This document shows positions 1 to 8,905 of a stretch of DNA of 64,000 nucleotides, in pieces. The translations under genes were made by a program, and so were the position numbers. Source of the stretch: a candidate division WOR-3 bacterium (GTDB lineage Bacteria > Hydrothermota > Tepidihabitantia > Tepidihabitantales > Tepidihabitantaceae); NCBI GenBank assembly GCA_965648905.1, contig CBFGIT010000007.1, positions 8,795-72,794 on the forward strand, written 5' to 3'. The notes beneath the pieces are model-generated. The model had not been told where the DNA came from. It ran no database searches and was given only the letters and a program-made list of their open reading frames with translations. Numbering within the stretch: the stretch's first letter is position 1; every line of letters begins with the position of its first letter.

Positions 1-1333
1 ACTCAGTGCCGACGCGGTCAACACTGGTAAGCACGTCCGGTACGTACCCGGTCGCGCCAATCTGGTAGTACAGCCGGCCGGTCAGGCGGCCGCGCTCGAT
101 TTCCCGGCCGCGAACAATCTGGAGTTGAACCCCCCAGCCCAACGGATCCTCCATGCCCGAGATGAGCTGTTCAAGAAGAATGCCGCGGTCGGTGTCGGCA
201 ATCATCTGGTCGCGCGTCAGACCGCCAAGCTCAGGCGGCCGAGGCTCGAAATACGTATTGGTCATGCGCGCGTAGATTGGATGGTCCCATGATTCAAGCC
301 GTCCTGATGCCGACTGCTTCAGTCCGGGCAGCCGGTCTTTCATCGCCAGGAACGAATACCGGTCGCACATCATCGTCGGTTGGAGGATGCCGTTGCGTAC
401 CAGCACGATCGGTTCTTCGGCCAGCACCCCGTCGTCGGAGAAAAAGACCGAGCCGTTGCATCCTGGTCGTCCCGGGAAGTCGACGATGTTCACCAGGTCC
501 GAGCCGACCCGCCGGCCGATGTAGTGAAGCGCCCGCGCTGCGCCGCGCATCATCGTGTCCAGCTCGCAGCCGTGACCGAATGATTCGTGGGCCAGGGTTC
601 CGGCGAGGTTCGGGTCGAGAATAACGACATGCTCGCCGGGCGGCACGCGGCCCGCCGACAGATGGGCGATTGCTTGTTCGGCCGTCTCCTTGGCCCAGGC
701 AGTCGTGGCACGGTCTGCGACCTCGTGGCCGTTCCCGGACAGCAGCGCGAAGTTGCTGACCTGGCGATTCTGTTGACCGGCAAAGACCCAGACCGCGAGC
801 ACGACCAGGCTGATATCCGAGGAGAGTAGTTGTCTGCCGTCGCAGAACAGTCGGGACTCGCGTTCCCACCGGTACGCCACCTGAGCCGAAGTGATGCGCG
901 GGTCAATCCCCATCAGCCCTTCGTAGACCTGCTCGCACGTTGCCTTACGGACCAGCACGTCATAGTCGGCCGGAGGCTTTGCGCCGACCGAGACAGAGTG
1001 CCGGTCGGCAGCCGGCCCTGATTCCGGCACTGGCCCTGGCCTCACCTTGACCGACCGGGCCAGCTCGCGTATCAGCCTGACCAGTTCGTCCCGGTCCTCA
1101 AGCCGATTGGTGGCCAGCGAGTGGAACGTTGCACCGTCCCAGACCGAAATCCGCATCCCCTGATCGGGTGCCAGCGGGTTCACCCGCTCATCACTCGTTG
1201 CCTTGACGACAACCTGTCCCTGCCGGCTCGTCACCAGCACACTCGCATAAGGGATACTCCGACGCGCTTCGGCCACCAGTTCGGGCAGCAAAGACCGCAG
1301 CCGGGACAGGTCCGGAGGCAGGTTGTGGCTCAT
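1..1333 (-). CDS. tldD: TldD/PmbA family metalloprotease (3' end runs off the window)
   Basis: Not in the ORF track; partly translated by hand from ATG at 1333 (MSHNLPPDLSRLRS...). Has HESFGHGCELD (HExxGH) and, in frame with the ATG, RLESWDHPIYARMTNTYF, both typical of TldD. Confidence 0.85.
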   Translation of the reverse strand, partial: MSHNLPPDLSRLRSLLPELVAEARRSIPYASVLVTSRQGQVVVKATSDERVNPLAPDQGMRISVWDGATFHSLATNRLEDRDELVRLIRELARSVKVRPGPVPESGPAADRHSVSVGAKPPADYDVLVRKATCEQVYEGLMGIDPRITSAQVAYRWERESRLFCDGRQLLSSDISLVVLAVWVFAGQQNRQVSNFALLSGNGHEVADRATTAWAKETAEQAIAHLSAGRVPPGEHVVILDPNLAGTLAHESFGHGCELDTMMRGAARALHYIGRRVGSDLVNIVDFPGRPGCNGSVFFSDDGVLAEEPIVLVRNGILQPTMMCDRYSFLAMKDRLPGLKQSASGRLESWDHPIYARMTNTYFEPRPPELGGLTRDQMIADTDRGILLEQLISGMEDPLGWGVQLQIVRGREIERGRLTGRLYYQIGATGYVPDVLTSVDRVGTE

Positions 1334-1340
1334 CGACAAC

Positions 1341-1847
1341 TCAGGTGTTGCGCGCCACGAGCTCTTTGGGGACGGCAAACCCCATGGTCATGAGTGGAGC
1401 GAATCCGAGTTTCTGCCAGCACTCACCCGATGGCGGGTTGTTGTTCGCCCAGTCGAGCATGACCAGCGGCACCCGGCGCTGAACCAGAAACCGGGCACAG
1501 GCAGCAATCAGGCTCTTCATTACGCCCTGGTTCCGCCACGGCTCGTCAACCCAGGCATCGTCAACTCGCGCCAGCGGCCGCGGGGTTATTCGGGCGTTGT
1601 CGAGAATCCGCAGCAGCAACATGCCGATTGGTCGGTCGCCGCGGTCCACCGCGACGAAAATCCGGTTCTCGTCCCGAGACATCACGTCGGCGTAGAAGCG
1701 TTCAAGTTCGTCCAAAGAATCTGCGCTCAGCCGGAACACGCGCGGATCCTTGTCGAGCAGCAGTTCCTGCAGACAGATGCGCATCCGCTTCAGGTCGGCA
1801 AGGTCACCGGCCCGGGCGCGGCGGACCGAGAAGTTCATGTCGGCCAC
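1341..1847 (-). CDS. GNAT family N-acetyltransferase
   Basis: Motif A-like VDDAWVDEPWRNQGVMKSLI and motif B-like WANNNPPSGECWQKLGF. Confidence 0.85.
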   Translation of the reverse strand: MADMNFSVRRARAGDLADLKRMRICLQELLLDKDPRVFRLSADSLDELERFYADVMSRDENRIFVAVDRGDRPIGMLLLRILDNARITPRPLARVDDAWVDEPWRNQGVMKSLIAACARFLVQRRVPLVMLDWANNNPPSGECWQKLGFAPLMTMGFAVPKELVARNT

Positions 1848-1880
1848 AACGCGCTCCGGTCGGTCAACTCCCCTGTCCGG

Positions 1881-2990
1881 CTAGATGAGAAGGCAGCCCT
1901 TCTCCTCGTACTCCTGGAACAGCCTGCCCCAGCCGGTCTCCTTGCGCCAGCGTTCGTAGACCTTGCGCTCTTTGAGCGGCCAGTGGATGTAGTCGTGATT
2001 CAGCTCGGATACGAGAATCGGCAGATAGACAATCGGCGTGTGGAAGAGCAGCTTCTGGAGCACCCGCGTCGGCCCGTACCACGAGAGCCAGCCGAGAAAC
2101 CGATGGAAGTTCCAGCCGACGTCAAAACCCCAGTTCTCGCCTGATACGTCGTCGCCGACCAGTTCAATCTCCCTCGGGTCACCGACGCCCAGCCCGCGCT
2201 CGTGGCCGAGCCTGATATACTTGATGCTCAGCGGGTCAAAGCCCATCAACCTGGCGGCAATCGCATCAATCGCCACCTGGTCACCCGACGCCAGGATGAC
2301 GTTCTTGACCACCGGAATGAGCGTGCGCGGGCCCGGGCCGTTGCCTGCGGTTGTGCCATCCATGACTGCAAAGATCCCGGGATGAATCTCCTGCTGAATC
2401 GCGAGCAGGTCAACCAGGGTCTCGTGAATCCAAGTGTGAGTATAGTGACGGTGGGTCGAAAGCAAACCGCCGAACGCGTTCTTCATCGCGCCGGTTGTCG
2501 TGGTGTAGATATGGCACTTGACCGTCGGCAGATGGACAATGTTCTTGCCCAAGAAGTAGTCCGGAATCCTCAGGCCCCTGGGGTAGACACGGTCCAAAGC
2601 CAGCATCTTCGCCTTCGGCTCATACGGCACCCAGGTCATGTCCTCGGGTTTGAAGTTATAGAGCACCTTGAGCCCGCACTTGCGAAAAATCGGGACGTAC
2701 TTGTTCAGGTCCTCGCCTTTGTGCGTGTCGATGACCACGGTCTTGTTCTGAACGCAAGCCAGGTCGCTGTACCCGAGGTCCTGCAGCCCAAGAATCGTCC
2801 CCTCAAGCTGCCACGGCGTGGTATTCGCCGAAGGCATCGGATAGTGCCAGGAGATGTTGTCCTTCAGGATCGTCGTGACCCCAGGTTTCAGGCACCTATC
2901 GGCCTCAGCCAACCTCAGCAACTGACGGTAATCGTCGAGCACGGTCTCGGGTCTGGTTCTCTTCACCGCCACTCTTGCACGCATTGCCAT
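1881..2990 (-). CDS. DUF362 domain protein (putative Fe-S-associated)
   Basis: LPTVKCH, TGAMKNAFG, VMDGTTAGNGPGP and DQVAIDA motifs typical of DUF362. Confidence 0.8.
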   Translation of the reverse strand: MAMRARVAVKRTRPETVLDDYRQLLRLAEADRCLKPGVTTILKDNISWHYPMPSANTTPWQLEGTILGLQDLGYSDLACVQNKTVVIDTHKGEDLNKYVPIFRKCGLKVLYNFKPEDMTWVPYEPKAKMLALDRVYPRGLRIPDYFLGKNIVHLPTVKCHIYTTTTGAMKNAFGGLLSTHRHYTHTWIHETLVDLLAIQQEIHPGIFAVMDGTTAGNGPGPRTLIPVVKNVILASGDQVAIDAIAARLMGFDPLSIKYIRLGHERGLGVGDPREIELVGDDVSGENWGFDVGWNFHRFLGWLSWYGPTRVLQKLLFHTPIVYLPILVSELNHDYIHWPLKERKVYERWRKETGWGRLFQEYEEKGCLLI

Positions 2991-2996
2991 CGGCCA

Positions 2997-3024
2997 ATTA
3001 TATCACGGCCGGCCCGCGAATCAA
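2997..3024 (-). promoter_or_regulatory. sigma70-type promoter of the DUF362 operon
   Basis: TTGATT-N16-TATAAT, 6 nt upstream of ATG 2990. Confidence 0.65.
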
Positions 3025-3049
3025 ACAGCACTTCCATGAAAGGGTGATA

Positions 3050-3480
3050 CTGGCCCAACTGGTCGGCCGCCGGCACGCCAAGCCGGGTGAGCGGATTAAA
3101 GCACGGACCGGCTACCGGAACGGCAGCCACAAGCGGCAGTCGCTGACGACGTTCGGTCGGTCTTCCTAGCCGGGGCGAGCACGCGGGAGGCGGCGCGGGT
3201 GCTCGGGGAACTGCTGGACAAGAGACTGAGTCCGAGCACGGTATCGGAGATCAACAAGCTGACGGACGACAAGGTGCGACGGTTTTGGACCCGGCGGCTC
3301 GTTGACCGGTGGCGGTTCTTGATGTTTGACGGGGTCTGGGTGAAGGTGCGGACGACGAATGTGATTGAGCGGCTGTTCCGGGAATTACTCAAGCGGATAC
3401 GACCGATGTGCACGTTTGCGGACGGCGCGATCTGTGACCGACTGGTCTATGCGCTGTTCATGAAGACCAAGCAGAGTCAG
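3050..3480 (+). pseudogene. IS256-family transposase remnant with internal deletions
   Basis: Segments ERIKARTGYRNGSHKRQSLTTFG / VFLAGASTREAARVL...SPSTVS...FLMFDGVWVKV / RTTNVIERLFRELLKRIR match IS256 motifs but are joined with large deletions and a frame change. Confidence 0.8.
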
Positions 3481-3964
3481 CCACTTGTGTCAAGGGCAGG
3501 TAACCCCGGGTTATCCCCCGAACCATTGGATAGGCCGGCCGGCCTGCCCACAAAACCGGCCTCTGCTCGGTCCAACAGAGCGCCCTTCATTGCCGGCTGA
3601 GGTTTGCGCTTTGGCCGCCCACTGAACCGGGCCTCACTCGGCACTTCGCACTGTCCCTCGGCGGAGAAGAGAGACCGGCCTTCGGCAGCGGCGCGAAACC
3701 GGGGTGGACTGAATCCTCTGGATGGCGCAAGGCTATGTCCTTAGGGCCAGCCTTGCCCGAGTCCTTAAGAAAGCAGAGCAGAATCAGCCGGCACGCTGCT
3801 CGCCCGCGCCCTCAACCTTCGGCCGCTCGCCGGCGGAGACCCCGAAGACGCGTAGCGTCGCCAGTAGAGTCAGCACCGAGCTATTGACACGGCCAGTCAA
3901 CGCGGCATCTTGACTCGGATTGGTGTGGAGCTATCATGTAGACAAATCGGGCAGACATGCTCGC

Positions 3965-4037
3965 GGGGCTGTAGCTCAGTCGGGAGAGCACCTGCTTTGC
4001 AAGCAGGGGGTCGCCAGTTCGACTCTGGTCAGCTCCA
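3965..4037 (+). tRNA. tRNA-Ala(TGC)
   Basis: GGGGCTGTAGCTCAG start, anticodon arm CCTGC-TTTGCAA-GCAGG, T-loop GTTCGAC; CCA not encoded; promoter TTGACT-N16-TATCAT at 3910-3937. Confidence 0.97.
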
Positions 4038-4103
4038 TCAGCGTCGTAGAGTACATGGGGTACGTGGTATACGCTGAACCCCGCGCTATCCGCGGGACTC
4101 AAG

Positions 4104-4140
4104 AGAAGCCGGGGCCGCCCCAGTGGCGGCCCCGGCTTCT
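4104..4140. terminator. probable bidirectional intrinsic terminator
   Basis: 16-bp perfect stem AGAAGCCGGGGCCGCC/GGCGGCCCCGGCTTCT between convergent transcripts. Confidence 0.7.
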
Positions 4141-4158
4141 TCTGGCTCAGCCAAGGTC

Positions 4159-4617
4159 TTAGGGCGTGCCTTTCCGAAGTCGACTTCGAGTCTGGAACTC
4201 AGCTAGTTGGTCGCGGACCGCTCTGATAAACCGCTTCGGGTCGGAGTGCCGTGCGCTGAGTTGCTCGAACGGGCAGACACCGGTGTCATTCCGGTTGCGG
4301 ATCTCAGTAACGACATGACGGAATTCGTATTCGATTCCCGCAATCGCCAGGATTCTTTCAGCCGACAGCGAGCCGGTGATTCCCAGGACTCTGGCGACAT
4401 CGAGGTAAGCGAAGACGCGGGCCGCACAGGCTCCGACTACCCGGTCAATCACGGTCGCCCCATGCAGGCCGCCGGGAAACCAATCAACCAGTTCGAGCAG
4501 AGGTCTGACCCCAGCTTCCCATGACTCGTACAGCTCGAGGTCATCGCGCAGCACCAGTAGCGACAGGCTGTTCAGTTCGAGCCGAGTGAGGGGGTCGGTT
4601 ATCTTCGGACCGCGCAT
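4159..4617 (-). CDS. DUF1893 (TM1506-like) protein
   Basis: GVRPLL, DRVVGACAA, IRNRNDTGVCPFE motifs; ATG 4617 overlaps upstream TGA. Confidence 0.8.
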   Translation of the reverse strand: MRGPKITDPLTRLELNSLSLLVLRDDLELYESWEAGVRPLLELVDWFPGGLHGATVIDRVVGACAARVFAYLDVARVLGITGSLSAERILAIAGIEYEFRHVVTEIRNRNDTGVCPFEQLSARHSDPKRFIRAVRDQLAEFQTRSRLRKGTP

Positions 4618-4997
4618 CAGCGGATGAAGACGAAGTACCCAAGCGCGATGCCGGCGAGGTCGGCGACCAGGTCTTTCCAGGAGAAGTGCCGACTCGGACC
4701 ACGCAGGTCGAGAAGCTCCTTCGAGATCCCGAGCCCGAGCGTGCCACCGAGCGACAGCGCGGTCGGCCACGGAGCGTCGAGTCTTGCGCGGTTTGCGCAG
4801 AGGTGATACCCGGCTCCGACTGAAGCAAAGCTGGCTGAGAAATGCCAGAATTTGTCCATGGCAACCCAGCGGTCAGGCTCGTGGTGCGGCGGGATGATGC
4901 TGTCGAGGCAGAGCGGCCGCACCATACGTCCGAGAGAATCGGGAGCGCGTTCAGGCCACGGTTGAGCGACCAGGGAGATGAGAATGAACAGCGCCAT
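4617..4997 (-). CDS. YfiM/DUF2279-like membrane or exported protein
   Basis: DKFWHFSAS, GISKELLD, FSWKDLVADLAG motifs; start moved to ATG 4997. Confidence 0.75.
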   Translation of the reverse strand: MALFILISLVAQPWPERAPDSLGRMVRPLCLDSIIPPHHEPDRWVAMDKFWHFSASFASVGAGYHLCANRARLDAPWPTALSLGGTLGLGISKELLDLRGPSRHFSWKDLVADLAGIALGYFVFIR

Positions 4998-5004
4998 TTC
5001 GGGT

Positions 5005-5826
5005 CTAGGGCCGGCCCGGGTGATCTGATGCCACGATTCTGCCATCAGCCAGACGCGGGACAACCGGCAGCGAATCGACACGCAGTGCAACATCGAGGTC
5101 CGAACCAAAACCAAGCTCAACAAGGTATCGGGCGTGTTCGGTTGAGCGCAGTATCCGAGCCATGTCGGCCTTAACCGCGAGGTAAGTAGCCCAGGCTGCA
5201 TATGCTCCGTCGCCGAGCGTCGGTTCGACCTGGTCGGGGCGCAGAGCCGCGAACTGATGACGTCCGCGGCGTGGTCGCAGCGGCGGTGGCTCGGAATCGA
5301 CGGCCAGCGGCGGGGTCTGCACAGGCCTGACCAGCCGGTCGACTATGGTTCCGGCGCAGGCCCAGTCTTCAAGACTGATTCGGCCCTTGTTGCCCGCACA
5401 GATGACTGATATCCTGTCCCAGTTCGACAGTTGGGCAGCGAGTTCGCCGCAGTTGAGGAAACAGCCGACAAACACCGCACCGGCATCCTCAGCCAGTGAG
5501 AGAGCTCGGGTGCCGTTGGTCGTGGTCAGAATCACGACTCTATTGGCGACGGCATCGTGCGAGTACTCGCGGGGCGAGTTGCCCAAGCGAAATCCTTCGA
5601 TCCGCTGGCCGTCACGCTCACCGCCGAGTACAGCTTCGTTCTCGCCGTAAGGCTCAAGCAACCGTACAGCCTGTTCGACGTCCGTGGTCGGCAGAATGAA
5701 GCGTGCGCCGTTGGCGAGCGCGGTAGTGATTGTCGTCGCCGCGCGGAAGACATCAATGACGACAACCGCGGTCTGGCTGTCAGCACCGTCGAACTCAGCC
5801 GGCGTGGCCGCGACGTCGATTCTCAT
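5005..5826 (-). CDS. comB: 2-phosphosulfolactate phosphatase family protein
   Basis: VVIDVFRAATTI, GGERDG, LGNSPRE, TTTNGT, SLEDWACAG. Confidence 0.9.
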   Translation of the reverse strand: MRIDVAATPAEFDGADSQTAVVVIDVFRAATTITTALANGARFILPTTDVEQAVRLLEPYGENEAVLGGERDGQRIEGFRLGNSPREYSHDAVANRVVILTTTNGTRALSLAEDAGAVFVGCFLNCGELAAQLSNWDRISVICAGNKGRISLEDWACAGTIVDRLVRPVQTPPLAVDSEPPPLRPRRGRHQFAALRPDQVEPTLGDGAYAAWATYLAVKADMARILRSTEHARYLVELGFGSDLDVALRVDSLPVVPRLADGRIVASDHPGRP

Positions 5827-7163
5827 CGGGCAAGTTCCTCGTCAAGCATGCCGATGGCGAGTGTGCCACGGCGGAACCGCCTGCTCTGCATCAACCGGCG
5901 ATGGAGCGGAGTCGTCGTTGGAATTCCCTCCAGCACCGTTTCTGCCAGAGCACGCTCCATACGCGCGATTGCTGATGGCCGGTCCTGTGCCCAGGTCATG
6001 ACCTTGGCAATAAGCGTGTCATACTCAGCCGGAACAAGGCAACCTGGCCTCACGCAGGAATCGACCCGCACCCCCGGCCCGGCCGGCAGTCGCGCCTCAG
6101 TGAGCAGGCCTGAGCCCGGTTCAAACCCGGCGTCCGGGTCCTCAGCGCAGATACGACACTCAAGGGCATGGCCGACTGCCTCAGAGAACAGGTTACGGCT
6201 CAGTTCCTCACCGGCTGCGGCCCTGAGTTGTTCGTGGACGATGTCCCTGCCGGTAACCATCTCGGTGACCGCGTGCTCGATGTGCAGCCGACAGTCGAGC
6301 TCCAGAAAGTGGCAGTCTCCTCTTTCATCGGCGAGGAATTCGACCGTGCCCGCGGTGGTCAGCTCGGCAGCGCGGGCCACCGCAACCGACCATTGGGCCA
6401 GGCGCTCGCGGGTTGGGGGAGTCAGTGCCGGTGACGGACTCTCTTCAGCCAGCTTGCGATATCGAAACTGAACCGAGCAGTCGCGTTCAGGCAGCGCACA
6501 GACGTTGCCGTAGCGGTCGGCAAGCAGTTGGACTTCGATGTGCCGAGCGTTGGGCAGGAGTTGCTCGACATAGACCCGGCTGTCGCCGAACGCGGCCCGA
6601 GCTTCGGCTTGGCAGAGGCGTAGGCTTGGTTCGAGGTCGCGCTCGCGCCGGACCACGTACTTACCGACCGACCCGTGTCCGGCTGCGGCCTTGACCATTA
6701 CCGGGTACCCGAGCTCAACACAGAGTCGAACGGCATCGTCAGGTCTGACCACTTCTGATTCAGAACCCGGCACTACCGGAACACCCGCCGCCCGGGCCAG
6801 CGCTCTGCCGGCGAGCTTGTCCTGAGTCCGACGAATGGTCTCGACTGTTGCGCCGACAAAGACCAGGCCGCATGATTCGGTTGCCTCGGCGAACTCAGGG
6901 CTGTCGGCCAGCAGCCCGTAGCCCGGATGCAGGGCGTCACACCGGGTTATCTCGGCCGCGGACAGAATTCGAGAGACGTTCAGGTAGCTGTCCGGCAGGG
7001 GCGCCGGACCGATGCAGACCGCTTCGTCGGCCAGCAGGACCGGCAGCGAGTCACGGTCTGCCTCAGAGTAGACCACCACTGAGCCGATGCCCAGCTCCCG
7101 GCAGGCCCGCACGACGCGCAGTGCCACTTCACCGCGATTGGCGATGAGCACCTTCTTGAACAT
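5823..7163 (-). CDS. accC: biotin carboxylase-like ATP-grasp protein (divergent)
   Basis: IANRGEVA, HPGYG, RHIEVQ, ERDCS, GPGVRVDS; several conserved motifs altered (see findings). Confidence 0.85.
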   Translation of the reverse strand: MFKKVLIANRGEVALRVVRACRELGIGSVVVYSEADRDSLPVLLADEAVCIGPAPLPDSYLNVSRILSAAEITRCDALHPGYGLLADSPEFAEATESCGLVFVGATVETIRRTQDKLAGRALARAAGVPVVPGSESEVVRPDDAVRLCVELGYPVMVKAAAGHGSVGKYVVRRERDLEPSLRLCQAEARAAFGDSRVYVEQLLPNARHIEVQLLADRYGNVCALPERDCSVQFRYRKLAEESPSPALTPPTRERLAQWSVAVARAAELTTAGTVEFLADERGDCHFLELDCRLHIEHAVTEMVTGRDIVHEQLRAAAGEELSRNLFSEAVGHALECRICAEDPDAGFEPGSGLLTEARLPAGPGVRVDSCVRPGCLVPAEYDTLIAKVMTWAQDRPSAIARMERALAETVLEGIPTTTPLHRRLMQSRRFRRGTLAIGMLDEELAR

Positions 7164-7187
7164 CTGCTATCCGGGCTCGGAACCTGG

Positions 7188-7745
7188 TCAGGCCCGTTCG
7201 ACGTAGGTATTGCTTCTTGTGTCGACTCGCACCCGGTCGCCGGTCTTGACAAAAAACGGCACGTCGACGGTCAACCCGGTCGAGAGCCGGGCCGGCTTGC
7301 CGCCGCCGGTGGCGGTGTCGCCCCGGAAATCGGGATTGGTCTCGACGACTTCAAGCACGATGAAAATCGGCGGTTCGATGCTCACCGGCCGGCCTTCAAG
7401 ATAGTCCACCTCAACCTCGAGCCCGTCGGTCAGGTAGTAGACGTTGTCGCCGACCGCCTCCTGGTCCAAAGCAAACTGCTCATACGAGGTCGAGTCCATG
7501 AAGTGGTAGCCCATGTCGTCGTGATACATGAACTGCGCCTTCCGCTTCTCCATCTCGACTTCTTCGAGCTTGGTCTCAGACTCGAAACTCTCTTCGATGA
7601 GACTGCCGGTCTTGATGTTGCGCAGCTTGGCGAGGACCCGGGCCCGGCGCTGGGCCGTGCGACTGCGCGAGTAACTGAGCACCTGGTAGATGCCGTCTCG
7701 GTATCTTATCAGGACGCCAGTCTTGAATTCGTTGGGTGTAATCAT
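7188..7745 (-). CDS. efp: elongation factor P (atypical loop)
   Basis: C-terminal PDFRGDTATGGGKPARLSTGLTVDVPFFV...VDTR; length 185 aa; adjacent to pepP. Confidence 0.93.
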   Translation of the reverse strand: MITPNEFKTGVLIRYRDGIYQVLSYSRSRTAQRRARVLAKLRNIKTGSLIEESFESETKLEEVEMEKRKAQFMYHDDMGYHFMDSTSYEQFALDQEAVGDNVYYLTDGLEVEVDYLEGRPVSIEPPIFIVLEVVETNPDFRGDTATGGGKPARLSTGLTVDVPFFVKTGDRVRVDTRSNTYVERA

Positions 7746-7773
7746 GTCGTTCGTCTCCTCGGCGTACTGGAGG

Positions 7774-8835
7774 TCAAAGCTCCAGGAGTCCTTTGGGTGT
7801 CTTCGTCAGATTGACGTGTCCGGTCCGCGTGACGAGCACCATGTCCTCAATCCGGACGCCGCCGATGCCGGGCAGATAGATGCCCGGCTCGACCGTGAAC
7901 ACGTCACCCGGCGCGAGGACGTCGTCACTTGCCGCCGCGAGCACCGGGCACTCGTGCACCTCGATGCCGACACCGTGTCCCAGTCCGTGGCCGAAGTACC
8001 GGTCATAGCCGGCCTCTTTGATGTAGTTGCGCGCCGCGGCGTCCACTTCCCGGGCCGGGATGCCGGGCCGGATTGTCGCCAGGGCGCGTTCCTGGGCCGC
8101 GAGGACGATTTCGTAGACGACACGCAGCTCACCCCGTGCCCGGCCAACGAACACCGTCCGGGTCATGTCCGAGCAGTAGCCGTTCAACCGGCACCCGATG
8201 TCAAACGTCACCGCGTCGCCGTTCTTCAGCCGGCGGCGGGTGAAACCGGCGTGGGGTTTTGCTCCATTCGGCCCCGAGGCAATGATGCTCTCAAACGAGT
8301 TGTCGCCTCCGGCCCGGCGGAAGGCGAAGTCGACTTCGGTGGCCAGGTCGTGCTCGGTCACGCCAGGCCGAACCAGCCTCAGTACGTCCCTGAATACCCG
8401 GTCGGTCGTCACCTGGGCTTGCTCCAGTAACCTGATTTCGCCCGGCTCCTTGGTCCGACGCAGCTCCCGGACCAGGTCGCGGACCGGCACGAGTCTGTGT
8501 TTCCTCAACACCTTGCGCAGGGATTCGAGCCGCGCGATGGTCAAGTGCTCTTTCTCGACCCCGATGCGCTCTGCCCCGGCCGCATCAGATGCCGGCAGAC
8601 TGGAGAACAGGTCCCGCTTAAGAACGCGCCGGCGGCAGCCGCTGACCTCAGTGCGAATCTGTTCGCCGTAGCGGAAATCGGTGTAGAACCAGGCCCCGTG
8701 CCCGGTCGTCAGCAGCAGGCCGTTCGAGCCGGTGTAACCGCAGAGGTAGCGAAGGTTGGCCGGATGGCTTGTGAAATAGCCGTCCAGTTGTTCCTGTTCC
8801 AGCAGCCGACGCAGTCGCGTGGTTCGTTTTGCCAT
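7774..8835 (-). CDS. Xaa-Pro aminopeptidase (M24B)
   Basis: YCSDMTRT, HGLGHGVGIEVHE, TVEPGIY, GVRIED. Confidence 0.95.
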   Translation of the reverse strand: MAKRTTRLRRLLEQEQLDGYFTSHPANLRYLCGYTGSNGLLLTTGHGAWFYTDFRYGEQIRTEVSGCRRRVLKRDLFSSLPASDAAGAERIGVEKEHLTIARLESLRKVLRKHRLVPVRDLVRELRRTKEPGEIRLLEQAQVTTDRVFRDVLRLVRPGVTEHDLATEVDFAFRRAGGDNSFESIIASGPNGAKPHAGFTRRRLKNGDAVTFDIGCRLNGYCSDMTRTVFVGRARGELRVVYEIVLAAQERALATIRPGIPAREVDAAARNYIKEAGYDRYFGHGLGHGVGIEVHECPVLAAASDDVLAPGDVFTVEPGIYLPGIGGVRIEDMVLVTRTGHVNLTKTPKGLLEL

Positions 8836-8905
8836 GGCGAAAGGTATTCTAGGGCAGTGCGGTCAGGAGTCAATCAGGACGTGGCTGACGCCGTTCCGGC
8901 ACTAC

